Positions 24,898 to 37,675 are shown, counted from the first letter of the whole stretch. The stretch: 61,415 bases of DNA, filler included, from Choristocarpus tenellus KU-1152 (GCA_964200185.2; 9 parts of 9 records of this genome joined end to end with filler, not necessarily neighbours in it); one strand, 5' to 3'. The notes: generated by a model not told the origin, from the letters alone. A program made the numbers and translations.

Positions 24898-26121
24898 CTC
24901 CCTCTGTCCCGTAAGTCTGGGCTGTTACGTAGTACCTCTTTGGGATGACCTCCGATTACAAGGCAGACTTTTGCGTTGGATTCCTTGGAATTTTTGACAC
25001 AAAAAAAACTAAATTTCACAGAATTCTACAAAGAATTCTCTTCAGAAAAAATGGCTCCGAAAGAATTGAACACACAGAATGGGGGGCACATTCTTATTAT
25101 CATTTTTGGATGTTCCTGCTGCAGCTTGGGGGCCACACAACACTCTCACAACCTCCGTGGTGGAGCCCCCACAGCCTGTCGCCCCTGGCACGATGCCCAC
25201 CGTCTTGGGAAAAAAACAAAAGAACTGCAAGCTGACCGAGGAAGGTCAGAGTGTACTCCCTCTGCGGTATGCATTGGCTCTTCCTCCAGGTCATGAGAGG
25301 TCATGAGAGGCGCCCGAGGGGTGTGGTCTAAATTGGTGAGAAAGCCTTTTGGGGTGGGAGAGAGACATCCTAGACAGGTGTGGGTGCGTGTCAAAGAACA
25401 ATTCGATGGGGAATACCATCTCCCTGAAATCACAAGCACAATCTGGACGGCTGTTGGACTTTTACGCTAACAAAACAAGTGAAGATCCAGGAAATCAATG
25501 CCAGTAATTGCGCACTGACTATCAACCAACTTTCTGCCAAGCTTGCAGAAGCGCACCTCGCAGTCAGCAGCTTAAAGCTTTTACCACTGGATCGAAGTCA
25601 TGGACAAAACGAGGGTACAGCGGCACATCAACCCTAGCCGCTTTTCGATTTCTCACAAGAAGAACAGGGTGGACTTCATCCTTGACCGGATCTCCTACAA
25701 CTGCAAAACATACGGGACTGGCCTCAACACCATTCACATCGATGAGGCGTGGTTCTACCTCACCCACGAATGAGATATGGCGTGCATGATGTTCCTTGGG
25801 GAAGAAAAGGCGGGCTTGACAAAAGGTGTAGCACAAGCGCAACACTTCCAAAGTGTTGTTCATCTCTGCCGTTTTGGATCCTCTTCCCATGAATATCGAC
25901 GGCAAGATCGGGATCTGGTGGGTTTACATCATGAAGGACGCGCAAAGTACTACAGCGCAGCAAATGAAGGGCGAGGAGTATGAGGTTGATATCACCGTTG
26001 ACTCTGAGTGGTACTTGGAGTGGTACACGGAGCAACTGTTGCCAGCAATCAAGGAAAAAATGCAGTGGCGGGGGGGGGGGGGCTCCATACAGTAGGACGG
26101 GGCGACCCCTCATACAGGCAA
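24898..26121 (+). mobile_element. Mariner-like (DD39D/plant-type) DNA transposon with degenerate transposase, truncated by contig end
   Basis: TA + CTCCCTCTGTCCC Stowaway/mariner-type TIR at 24898. Motifs IHIDEAWFYLT, KVLFISAV, DGKIGIW, LLPAIKEK and Q*DGATPH occur across frameshifts. Confidence 0.9.
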
Positions 26122-26221
26122 NNNNNNNNNNNNNNNNNNNNNNNNNNNNNNNNNNNNNNNNNNNNTTAATTAATTAANNNNNNNNNNNNNNNNNNNNNNN
26201 NNNNNNNNNNNNNNNNNNNNN
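26122..26221. other. Artificial contig linker
   Basis: 44 N + TTAATTAATTAA + 44 N. Confidence 0.99.
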
Positions 26222-26305
26222 GTGTCGCCATCCGTTTTTCACCCTTTTTTCGATTTTCACTTTTTTGGTGTGATTTGGTCGCACGTGTCGGATTTGAAGT
26301 GTCAA
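26222..26305 (+). mobile_element. MITE-like subfamily B internal fragment
   Basis: CGATTTTCACTTTTTTGGTGTGATTTGGTCGCACGTGTCGGATTTGAA is identical to ~55001-55048. Confidence 0.85.
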
Positions 26306-27637
26306 GTCAACGTGCTATAATTTCAATTACTTCTTGTTGTATAATATGTCGTATGTCTCGAGTGATCTACCATTAGTATTGACGTGCGTAACTTGGACGT
26401 TAAAGTACTCAATGGGGATTAAGAATTCTGAACTAATGAAAGCATCGTAAGTCAGAGCCCTGCCAGACTACATAAAAGCAAGCAAATAACCTTCTGGGCA
26501 AACCATCGTCTACATAATGAGTGTCCAAATGGTTATACTCTAAGTAAATTGAAGCGAAGGGAACTATAAACATTCACCACCTTGCCCATCTAGTAAATAA
26601 CTAGCACTGTCTTCACACATCGAACTAAGGGGTGAGGAATGGAAGAATGGTCAACCCAAGGGAAGAGGCAATGATAAAAGCAACACTTTACTCAGACAGT
26701 GGTAAGTGTGCATGCGTCCATCATATACTCCTTCCTCAACTCCCAGCTTCAACATACACTCTTTCTTCAACACGCAGCTTGAGAGGGGCAAGAAGAAATA
26801 CCAAGAAAAGGGCCTATGTGAAACAGATGGGAAAAGGTCGAAAGGTTCCTCAAACAGAAGGGGAGTGGGAACACCCGCAGCAGGAGGTTAATGGAGAGAG
26901 ACAGGGCAGGAGATAGGGCAATCCCTCAGCAGGTCATTCAGGAAAGTGTGAACAAGCAAAAAGTGGACGGGAAAGGGGTGATCGTCCCCCGACATCAACT
27001 GTTGCACAACACACTGATCAATCACCCCAAAACCTGTCCGCAAAGATTCCAGATGATCGGTGAAGTAGAAGCTCCCTTCCATCTTCTAGAATGATCTTAT
27101 CAAAAGACAGAAGACCTTAGTCATGGAACGTTGGTAGCAGGTGTTCGCCTGGTTTGTTCTGTTCGAATTCTTCCGCCATCATAATCTGAAAAAGAATATC
27201 TGCTGTGTGGAACGTGTTGTGTCATCTCCTTCATTGAACTACGTGGCAGTCAGAGTGATGTGGCATACGCATGAAAGTGAAGTGTGGTGCTGCTCAAAGT
27301 ATGCGTAATGTACTCAGGGTTTCCCCCAAAGCATTGTTAAAGTACTCTCCAACTTCAGAATGATTGCCGTCGTCGCCACTGTGAAACAGACGGAAATAGA
27401 CCGACAGGTTATTCAGGATAAAATGTAGTGGGAAAACCCACAGGAGGAAGGTCTTGAGAGAGACAAGGCAGAAGGGATAGCAGTTCCTCAGAAGTTCACA
27501 AAGGAAAAAGTGAACAAGCAAAAAGTGAATGACGGGGGTTTGCAAGATCCGCTCGAATCACCCGCTATTTTCTTCAAGCAAATGTTAACTTCAACATGCA
27601 AAAGCAGATGTCATACGAGTAATAGACCTTGAAGTAC

Positions 27638-27916
27638 GAGCCAAAAGTATCTGAGAGAGTAGAGCCGCGTCCATTTGGGGGTTAAAATCCATCGTTGAGA
27701 TTTTGATATAATTGTGGCCATTGTGTTTGTTGGGAAGTATCAATATCCATGTTCTGGACATACCTTTTCATAATGTATACATTTTACCTACTCCGAAACA
27801 TTTTGGAGTAGGAAAATGTAATAAAAACCCCCATGGGAAGCCAAGNNNNNNNNNNGAAGCCAAGCCCCAAATGGACAAACAGGGCATAATTCGTACCCTC
27901 TAAGATACTTTCACTC
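27638..27916 (+). mobile_element. MITE-like element, subfamily C (contains a 10-N gap)
   Basis: TIRs AAAGTATCT(G/T)AGAG..TA / TACCCTCTAAGATACTTT, nested inverted repeat GTCCATTTGGGG/CCCCAAATGGAC, central hairpin CCTACTCC..GGAGTAGG. Homologous to 59661-59919, 54170-54372 and 55705-55812. Confidence 0.85.
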
Positions 27917-28188
27917 ACATATTCTCCCAAGGTAGGTTTCCTTAGAGGTATACCTTAGTTGGAAGGATGGCTATCACACCTGACAAATAATTAATGCTCA
28001 AGACAAATCATATAATAAATAATAAAACAGATCCAGGCAGCGAGACTTTCGACGGATGAAACTGCTCACTCACTGCTCTGTAGTTCCACTCTTTCATCCC
28101 CGATATAGCCATGCCTCCACATGTACATTTATAATGGTAGTACTCACAATTGCACTCACATACTACCCCCAAAACACATCAGATCTCG

Positions 28189-31100
28189 TTAGATAGAATA
28201 GAACATAAGTTTTTGTTCCACAAACCCTCCGTTGGTACTCCCCTCTGGTGTTACGTATACTTGGGTACTATCGCCTCCAATTCCTCTCCCATTACCCCGT
28301 CGATCTTCCTCTTTTGCGTTTTGCTTCTCGTTTCCTCCAATCAGGAGGAGGAGGAGTGCCACTGATGGCAGGACAGTAGAATAAGCGAAACATAGGGAAG
28401 CTCCCTATTCCTCATATAGAAATCCTCCAATTATCGCCCCACATCCAAAACCTAAGCCCCACGTAATGCTAAATGATAATCCCTGCATGGTGGCCTTGAG
28501 ATGAGCTTCCAAAACAGAATTGCAGCAGGGGGATCACGACCAAGTTAGAAGAAAATATTGCTTTTGGAAGCAAATGAGCATACCCACCTGCTCCAGAGTT
28601 GTCTTGCAAAAGAACAGAGCAGGGTGCACAAGTTCCCTCAAGTACTCCAAGTCGTATGTTAGAACTTACACATGCTGAACTAGCCTTGCCTAGATCTACC
28701 TTCCCCATTGCATATTGTTGCTTCCTATTGGTACAGTCCTTCATCAAGGATGGGTAGAACAATCAAATTGAAGGGAGGGTCGAGTCTATCTGCCATGAGG
28801 AGGGTTAACCTAGACAGATTCAGATTCAAGGAATATATACATGATCATACAACTTACATGGTGCAATATGGTCTGAATATTGGACAGTGACTGACCACAT
28901 GAGTGCAAAGGTCAGACCATGGAGTGGCTCAATGGGGAGCACCATCCAGGGGTCACGCAACTGGGAGTAGTAGGCGAAGCGTACAATGTAGGCCACTTCG
29001 GTCAGTGTCATAGTCCCCCTGAAACCAGCTCTGTTCATGACAGGAACGTGTAATAACGACAATATCATGCAAGTGATAACCACGCCAATGTGTAGACAAG
29101 TAGTCAGTTGCAAGCCTGGAAATGGAGGGGCAGATATATGTACCTGCTCAGTCCAAAGAGTAAATTGATAATTGCTCTCAGGGGTACTGCAACCAAGGAG
29201 ATGCCCTCAACAAAACTCACAGTAGCAACACAGGTCACACTAGGATGATTGGGAGTAAGATTGAAGAAGTGTGAATATAATACACTGTACAAATAGCACC
29301 ATCTGCAAAAACGATATGGCGTGTGTGCCCCATAAGCTAATAGGAAGCAATTGTCATCTAGCACAAGTAGTGGTACGCACACAACATCATCATACTCCAC
29401 ACACACCCTCCAATTTATGTCGTTTGGGAAGTCAGGGTTTCCAAAAAAATTGCAGCCCGACACAAACTCGAGCCATGATTTACGTCCTGTTACCTAGCAC
29501 ATAAGTGTCGCACTTGAATCAGGTAACATACAGAACCGTCAACCCTCCTCTTTTTGCACTCCTCAATTGAATCTTGTATATCTGTTCAATGAAAGGGGCT
29601 TTTCTTGCTTGTACGCTCCTAGGATTTCGGCAGCTTCAGTCAGTCTACTACAAGATGCAGAGTAGTGTGTACGATGCTGTATGAACGAAGGCACAAAGAG
29701 GTAAACACTCTTACATGTGTATACAAAGAAAAATATATAATTTATCAACTTCTGACATTTATGCTTCAGCAGTACCATCCCTTCTATGCAACGTATGTGA
29801 ATGTAAAGACTCTGAAACCGTTGTAGACAACACCCATTTCATACGAACCATGTTAATAATGTCTATCACGAATCAACCCAGTTTCACATGACTGCGAGTT
29901 CCTGTTCATCTCACTTTTCTATCAGAAGATCAGAGAAGTAGAAGCATGGAAGCTCGCCTGCATACATCAGCAACTTTGCAACCCCCAAGATTAGGCTGGA
30001 CCCTCCAAGCTCAGCAATCCTGTGCGGTTAAGAGGTCAGAAAAGGCCTGTCGAAAGCAGGAAGACCTTGACCTCTGTCCAGTAGTAGCCTGTGTTGATGA
30101 TTTCCTTCCCAGAGGTGCAAAATACATACACCAGTTATCACGCAATACAGACAAATACGACTTGTTACTTGGATCCTGGACTAGATATTTTGTTATAATT
30201 CCAACCCTTTGCTGAAATAAAGAATCGGGCTCAATCAAGTGGTGGGGTGAAGGTGTCAACAAAGCATTTAGCATTTCGAGATATTGGGTATACTTGATTT
30301 TCCTGTGCAGTCATGTCAACATCAATAGGTAAAAGTAAGTACAAATAAATTGAAAAACGCGTACGAAACTAGTAAACCCTCTTTATTATATATATGCCCT
30401 TTCACTTTCAGCACAACTTTGTACAAGAATTTCCACACCATAGCAGTTTGCTGGTCCAGTCATACGGCAAGCTAGCAGCACTCCTACACACCGCTCAGCA
30501 CCTGATGAAGAGAAAGGTATCAATGATGGCTTTTCCCATACCACTCAGAAATGATGAAGCGAGGAAGGATGCAATTTGTGGGGAGCCCATTATGATTCGA
30601 ATTGCTGACAGAACACTAGTGTCCCCAGGTGCTGCAGTGCCGTTCTTCTTTACCTTTGGAGGCAAAGGCGATGAGGTGAAAGGTACAGAACTTGACAGTG
30701 TGCCCATAGCATCCCTGGTAAAGAGGGCGAAATACAAAACAGGAGGGATGGGGCCGAGCCAAATCAAGGTCAAGTTGACCGTATGTACCTACGAACAAGA
30801 TTTAACAAGGTAAGACTTGGCAACAAAATAGAATGGCATAGACCATTGACTAATTATCTCCCGATATGATGAAGATCAGGAGAATCCCTAATAGTATATG
30901 TTAGTATATGAAACACGTTTGTAGCGCTCGACAGTTGTGGTTACATCTGCAAATATACAGTTTGAAGCGTGACTTGATAAATGTAGGTTACACTGGAGTA
31001 CCTAAGGCCTGGATTCGCTCCACCTTGCCAGGATTTCTTAGTCCCCAAGCATCAGCACAACAAACCAGTCTGATAGCAATACTAACATCCTCCAAGAACT

Positions 31101-31382
31101 CACAATACCAAATTGTGTAGTCCAGGGGGTGATAATACATCACAAAAATTACTCCCCGACCTAATCTCACATAAAATACCTCTCATCATTCCCAGTGTCG
31201 GGCTGGTGGTGGTAGTGCACATTATCCTCAGGCAGGAGGCTCGTACATAAAAATGACATGGCTGCTGCTCCCGCAAAGAGCATCATGACACCAGTATACC
31301 CTACCCTTGTACCAGCAATGACACCTGAAGCAAGTGCAAAAACCGCTCCCCTAGTGTCCCCCATAGGCGTTGGACCGGGTAC
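28189..31382 (-). pseudogene. MFSD6-like (MFS_1_like) transporter, disabled. Exons 31382-31180, 30714-30502, 30019-29915, 29030-28858, 28505-28189; 5' exons not found
   Basis: Motifs YPVQRLWGTLG, SFLSGMGKAIIDTFLFIR|IAELGGS..GELPCFYFS, AYIVRFAYYS..PWMVLPIEPLHGLTFALMW and ATMQGL..WGLGFGCGAIIGGFLYE. Splice phases match (2, 2, 2, 1). Frameshift in the G-run at 31348-31351 and in-frame TAG at 28407-28405. Confidence 0.85.
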
Positions 31383-31746
31383 CTATCAAAAGAGCGATGG
31401 CAAGAGGCATAGAGCGAGTGGTAGATTGTATGGGGAGGGAAAATATCTCAAAGCACTAGTAGCTGCAAGGCACATAACTTCAACTTACACAGCACCTAAT
31501 GTCAAAAGGATCCAACAACATAGAAATGATCCAGTCCCATCAAGTCAATCAACCCTGAACGGTAAATCAAGAAGGTTAGCATGCCCCTCTCCCAAGTTGT
31601 AAGATGGTGTGTACATGCAAGCACGGTGCAGCAAACAAGTCGGGCGTAATAAACTCTTCGTTCATTGGTGTTTTTCGCGGCTGTGTGGAATACAACAACG
31701 AACTTCGAGGTCAAGACACGCAAGGACTCTTATGATACGACCATTT

Positions 31747-32895
31747 TGTGCAAATTACCTTGGGAGGTAATGCTATTTCTCAGTAGTGAAGATAAGAAGG
31801 TGTGAAGCCTCACACAACCCCCTTTGCTGAACGTGATTACGTGGTTGAAGATTAGAAGAGTGACATTTGTGTGTTGTATGTCTTCTCATTGCTTGTTTAT
31901 TGTTTATTTGTGCTTCCTATCTGAGTCAACGATCATGTCAAAGATAGTTGAATGCAGATTAAATACGAATACATAATCCCATACATAATCTGGATGTACT
32001 ATTTTATTTGTTACATTACATGGACTCAATTCAACACAAGAATCTCATATACAAAAAATAAGGTACATCTCACTTTTGTCCTATTTTGCACACTCCCCCG
32101 TGAGAGTGTAGGCAATGAAGAGTTGCTGGAACTCTCAAACCTAAATCATCTTATTGTGTACACTCCCCATTCTGCACACTTGCCCATGAAAATGGAAGTA
32201 AAAGACGTCAGATTGGTTCAATTCTCACACACATCATATTTATCTTGTCAATGCAATAAAAGAACACTGATTGCTTGAACTCAAACATGCATCATTCATC
32301 TAGTCAACACAGTGTCTACGAAGTCTTGTACTTTCTTCTTTAGATGCACCAACACAGGGATGTACAATCGTGTCCCATGATGACCCCTCGCTTAGTTTAT
32401 GGTCAAAAATTTGAACCAGCCCCCTTTTGCTGTTTCTCTTGTTAGACGTAGCACTCACTCCCCCAGACTTGAAGCCTATCATAATTTTGAATGTGTTGTA
32501 CATCTTCTTGTTGAGTGAAGTCCTTTGCTAACAACCTTCCTTGCCAGGATGCCTCTGATATGGAAGATGGTTCTTGATGGTCTGGAGTTGATATTATTTA
32601 CTTCCCAGACTTACAAGTCTTGTACAGGTAGCCCTTTGCTGATAAGCTTCCTCTGGTTTTCTTTTCTGACTCCAACCCTGGTCCAGCTTATTCCTCCACC
32701 TGTTAAGACGGTGTCATTCTCCTCTGGCAACAAACGATCTGAAGGTTTCCTTTACCTCCACAGTTGTAGTATATTCCTTCGAAAGAACTAGGACCATTTG
32801 CTACAAGCACCCCTCAATGCTCACCTTTCCAGGACGTACAAGTCAAGTCCAATTCCCAGATTATCGAACGTCTGCTCAGCAGAACAGGGGTACTC
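31747..32895 (-). mobile_element. Copia-derived element: 3' LTR (31747-32092), PPT, shared 3' tail and degenerate gag zinc knuckle; truncated by contig end
   Basis: LTR and ~290-bp tail are homologous to 56786-57413. PPT GGGGGAG abuts the LTR. FEGIYYNCGGKGNLQIVC (decayed CCHC) lies at ~32780-32730. Confidence 0.85.
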
Positions 32896-32995
32896 NNNNN
32901 NNNNNNNNNNNNNNNNNNNNNNNNNNNNNNNNNNNNNNNTTAATTAATTAANNNNNNNNNNNNNNNNNNNNNNNNNNNNNNNNNNNNNNNNNNNN
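32896..32995. other. Artificial contig linker
   Basis: 44 N + TTAATTAATTAA + 44 N. Confidence 0.99.
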
Positions 32996-33859
32996 GGGGG
33001 GGGGGGGGGGGGGGGGAGGCCTTTTAGGATGCATGAGATTTGCTTTGACTTTTTTCTAACCCGAACCCTGATGGTAAGTTTTGCAGTGAATACTCTACTT
33101 CTGTCCCAGCTCGTCTTCGAAATTCTAACAACTCAAAGTTCACTTCATTAGAGTTCATATTAAAAAAAACATTACATTTCCTAATAACTTTTCCTATGCC
33201 CAGAGAAAAAGAATAAAATAATATAATTTCAAGTAATGGAAAAGACACTTTTGAAATTAACACTAGAACAAAGGCATGCAAGTTCCTACTATATACAGTT
33301 AGAGCATCTGTACTAAATAAAATAATAAAGCAATAAAATAAAACAATGAATTGGAAGAAGCGGTGCCATGGCATACATAACCTTCATCTCTCTCAGCCAC
33401 CCATGTTATGTACCACCACACCATGTCATGTGTATTTAAGGTTCCTACAGATCATGCACCATCACCAGCCTTTCCTCCCCCCATTACAACCTCTTCATAA
33501 AATACTCACAATAATTTTAACTATTAAAATATCAATAGAGACGCAGGTGTAGAAACAACATATCAAATCTTTGACAAAATCAGACAGATTATGCACCTCC
33601 AGGTATCCAGTATCCAGTACACGCAAGGACAGATCTCATCAATATTAGAACACAGTATTAGTTCAGCAAAACTAAGAGCAAACCTGAGAATAGCCTTAGC
33701 TCTAAAGCAACTTCGATCGAAATCAAAACAGACACCTACAGTGCCATACACAAACCACACTAACTCCTTTTCCAAGCACCTTCTTGGTGGGCCCATCCAA
33801 TCTCTTGTCCCCCCCTACAAGTGACTCCTGCAGTCGGTGAACACCAAATCTCAAGCTAC

Positions 33860-36800
33860 CTATCTCCTGTGTGCCTTCCTCGGGCTGTTCAATGGCTCTA
33901 GGGTCAATATCTGGGTTGCTAAGCTTGGCAACAGACCAGGTGAGAGTGGCAAGGCTTCTGGCATTGAAATGGCCACCATCAATAAGCTCCTCTGCCACCT
34001 ACATATATAAGAGCGTGCATTACCATGGGTATCATGTATTACTCTGGGTGTTATCAACCTTCAATAACAAATAGCAATTACAGCCTGGTCTCACTTGACC
34101 TAGGGCTGAAATGAACCGTATCATAGTTGACACATACAGACCATTCTGTTAGTTATTGACAGCTGATAAGTCTAGTATTACACTGTTTCACTTTTTTATG
34201 GGTTAAAAGGTGAACATCAGAGATAGGGTCAATGTTGTTGCCAAAACAGAGGGAAGACATCTATCACAGTAGAGGCAGGGTAAGCTGGGGCAGCAAAGTC
34301 CCCCTGGTCCACAGGACGATTTTCAGTCAGTTCAATCATCATATTGAGGTGAACGCTTGCATCAGTTTCAGGTTGTGCAAAGCAAAGTTGTAGTACAGTG
34401 AAACAAGTGCCTAACAATATTACAGGTAAGGGGGCAGGATGGCACTGTTGTTCCAATACAGCATGGGTGCTTGGACTCCACTAAAAGGACCAATGACCTC
34501 ACCAAACAACTCCTATCAACACTGCTACTAAATAGAGGTCAGCTTAGAAGACAAGATGTTACTAATATCTAATACCTGTTATATAATAACTATTATCTAG
34601 TACCTCTTACCTAATACCTGTTATCTAACAGGAGTCTGCGAGTTTGGCAAATCTGATGTACCATAGGAAAATGAGTGAATTTGAGGCAAATGCATTGAAA
34701 CATCAAATGGACCAATAAAGAGCACTTTGCAAAATACCACACCACAATGTGCCTCCAACCTCTCACATCCCATTTGAGTTCATATTGCAGGGACTACTCA
34801 ACCCAACTATGAATAGTAATAATAATAATAATAAAGCAACAAGAATCTTGGTGACACAACCTCAACTTGTCCCCAAAAAGAAGCACCAAAAACTTCCACA
34901 TCATCACAAAATCTAGGTTTGCAAATCAGGAAAAGATTACAATGAAGTGGTATCCAACTCATCATGGTCAAATATCAATAATCATCAACAATCAAATTTG
35001 GGAACCAAAGCATCCAATTATTTTGTATTTATCACAAAATGCAATGGTATCCCTTATCTCAAATAAGGGCTGTAGCACTTTCCAAATGAAGTGAGTGGCC
35101 TATGATGAAAATATTCTGCATTTGGAATCTTTGGAAAAGTGAGCAGAATGGGTGTCTGGCCTCAAATGCTTGCATTTCCTGGGGCTGTGAGCATGCAGTA
35201 CATTACAATTCTTCTTGTAACTAGGGGAAGGAGGGGTAGTAGTAGTAATACTGCAGGAATCAAGCAATGTATCAACAGCAAGCACCGAACTGACTGGAAT
35301 TGTACTATTAAAAACAACCTACCACCATGTATAAAATAAATTAGTACGATAAACTTCCTACAAATAAATATTAAATATTCCCCAAAACTTGCCTGAAGCA
35401 AAACTCCCAGGTATTTATCCTCCAGCTGTGTGACCTCCTTGTTGTGAATAGCAACACTAGTGTCCTTCCTTCGATTCCTCTCTGCTTGGAGCTTGGCCAC
35501 TTTATTTATGGCAGTTACAACCGTGACATAGTTACACCTCGAGGGACGGTCTAGAACTGTTCTCATTGCCTGCGAGAAGAGAGGTGCATGTTGTTAACAA
35601 TGACACAACATTAGTGCACACTCTAATAGTACCCTCTGTGTAACAGGCGGTTGGGACTCAGCATCAAATGCAATATCTTCCACTAGTAGTGTAGACAGAG
35701 ATTGGAGGTTTCATTTGTCTACTGTAATTGATGGAGCTGCAGCCCTGCAGAGTGGATAGGGTTCTTGCAGCAGATATCAAGCCTAGTTACAATGTCTAGA
35801 GAGAGAGAGTATATGCTACAGTTTGTGCACTGAGTTGTTGATTGTTAAAACAGAGAATGGGATGTAAAGATTGAGAGTGAGATGTAAAATTTACATGTAC
35901 AGAGGAACAAGGCACTTACCAATTATGTTCAATTTATGTTTAATGTATATTAAATTCATGTTCACAAGTGGTAGGTGTCAGTGACACGACTGCTGTGATA
36001 TTTTATGGATATGGACATAATGATACACTTCAAAAATAAGACATGGTTGTCAATTTAATCTCCTTATTAGTCCTTTGGCAATCGCTAATGCACTTGTTTA
36101 GATCAAAGTTATGCCTGAAATGTCTTGCACTTGGAACCAAGTACACCCCAGACTCTCAAGCGCAGCGCTTTCTGAATTTGTTTTGGCTCAACCCAATGCA
36201 CAAACCTGCACCATGGCCACTGAAGTTATATATACAAAGTACGTAAGTTAATCTAATAGCTAACCTCTCACCTGTAATGGTGTCACTGCCGACTGTACAA
36301 CCTGCTGCACATGCCATGATTTCTGTTTGCTGCAGTCAAATGGGCCACCTGGTGGTCCCTTCTCTAATGGATCGGCAGTCACAGCTCCATTCCTCCCCAC
36401 GAACATATTAGACTGTTCTTCACATATTTCTACATCAGTCACTCCCAAGCTTTTCTCCAGTGCCACACCTCTCCCCCAATTCCTCTTGTCCTTCCCATCC
36501 AGTTTGTTCTCTTTCATCTCTGTCACCTCACGGATGACACTTGATGTCAGAGTGTCCTGTTTAGTATTTGCCCTTTGTCCAACCTTCTTTTTCAATTGCT
36601 CATTGAGCACAGACCTGTACCCTTGATTGTTTCCGATGGAGCTCTGTGGGAAGCACTTGTCGTTACCAATTGCTCCTTGATAGGCTGCCGCTGCCATAGC
36701 CACCTCCCAGAAGCTCTCTGGGTATGTCTCCATGATTTCCCTTGGAATGTTACTTGGGCCTGTCTGTGCAGTCGCTTCCTTATCCTCTCCTACACCTGGG

Positions 36801-37675
36801 AGTTTGAGCGACTCCTGTCCCTAAAAGAAAGTCCATGAAAGAGAGGAAAAGATGATCTGCATGGTGACGGAGTAGGTGTTGTATCAATGAAAAAATATGA
36901 ACGGGCATGACACAAAATGACCTCAAGAACTTGCCACCCTACTAGTCCAACAGCTCTATGAAGCACTGACTGATTGTTAAGATACGGGATCTGGAGCTGG
37001 CCTTGAAAAGATGGGTGTGTAGAACACCACATATGAGGTAGTGGTTCAATCTGTCTGCATGCAAATGAAAATAGTGAGTAGTGAAATTAATCATAGGAAT
37101 AGCATCACTATGGTAACTTGTGTGAAGGTTATCTTCATGAATACCAAAATCTCAAATGAGGTTGAACAGGACCCTATCCTTCAGGAATGTAACGTGATAA
37201 TATATCATGACAGATACTTGAAGTTTGTCCCATACTTGTAGGTAGACCTGACTTGAAAGAGAGAAGATACCAAAGCCAAGGTCAACTCCTGGGTGTATTT
37301 CTTGAATACACGTAGTTCATGTATGATAGTACTGGATTTTAATCTGGCTTCTTTCTTACTTGAATGAAGACATGTCGACCAAAGGCAACAAACAGGAAAC
37401 GAGGAGTTGTGATATCGACCATCTTGCAAGGTCCCTGGATACAAATCAAGAGGGGCAGTGGTCCGTACCTTGCTGACAGGATGTTCTCCACCTCGGCGGT
37501 TTTGCGCAAGCTGTGTTGCTGTGGGTTCCGCACGTTTCCTGTCACCTGCTTCCATGAACGCGAACGATGACGCCCCTCTCCATCTCAAACTGCCGACATT
37601 CCAATCGACTCCTCGGAAACTATGTGATGAAATGAGAAATGCGACTCCATTCCTCACTTCCCCGGTTTTCATCAT
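33860..37675 (-). CDS. RAP/OPR/FASTK-like helical-repeat RNA-binding protein, 5' part. Exons 37675-37469, 36820-36272, 35569-35393, 33998-~33860
   Basis: CNYVTVVTAINKVAKL (compare N.VNV.TALHRLAK) and HFNARSLATLTWSVAKL (compare F.PQ.LAN.AWA.AKL). Three phase-0 introns, the third with a CAG|GCAAGT donor. The 3' end of the last visible exon is uncertain. Confidence 0.75.

Noticed and set aside
28405-28407. TAG reassignment or alternative genetic code
   Set aside because: The same gene also has a frameshift, and the Yippee gene terminates at TAG at the expected position.
30011-30274. ORF as an additional MFS exon
   Set aside because: Exons 30714-30502 and 30019-29915 already join in phase and give the contiguous FLFIR|IAELGGS motif.
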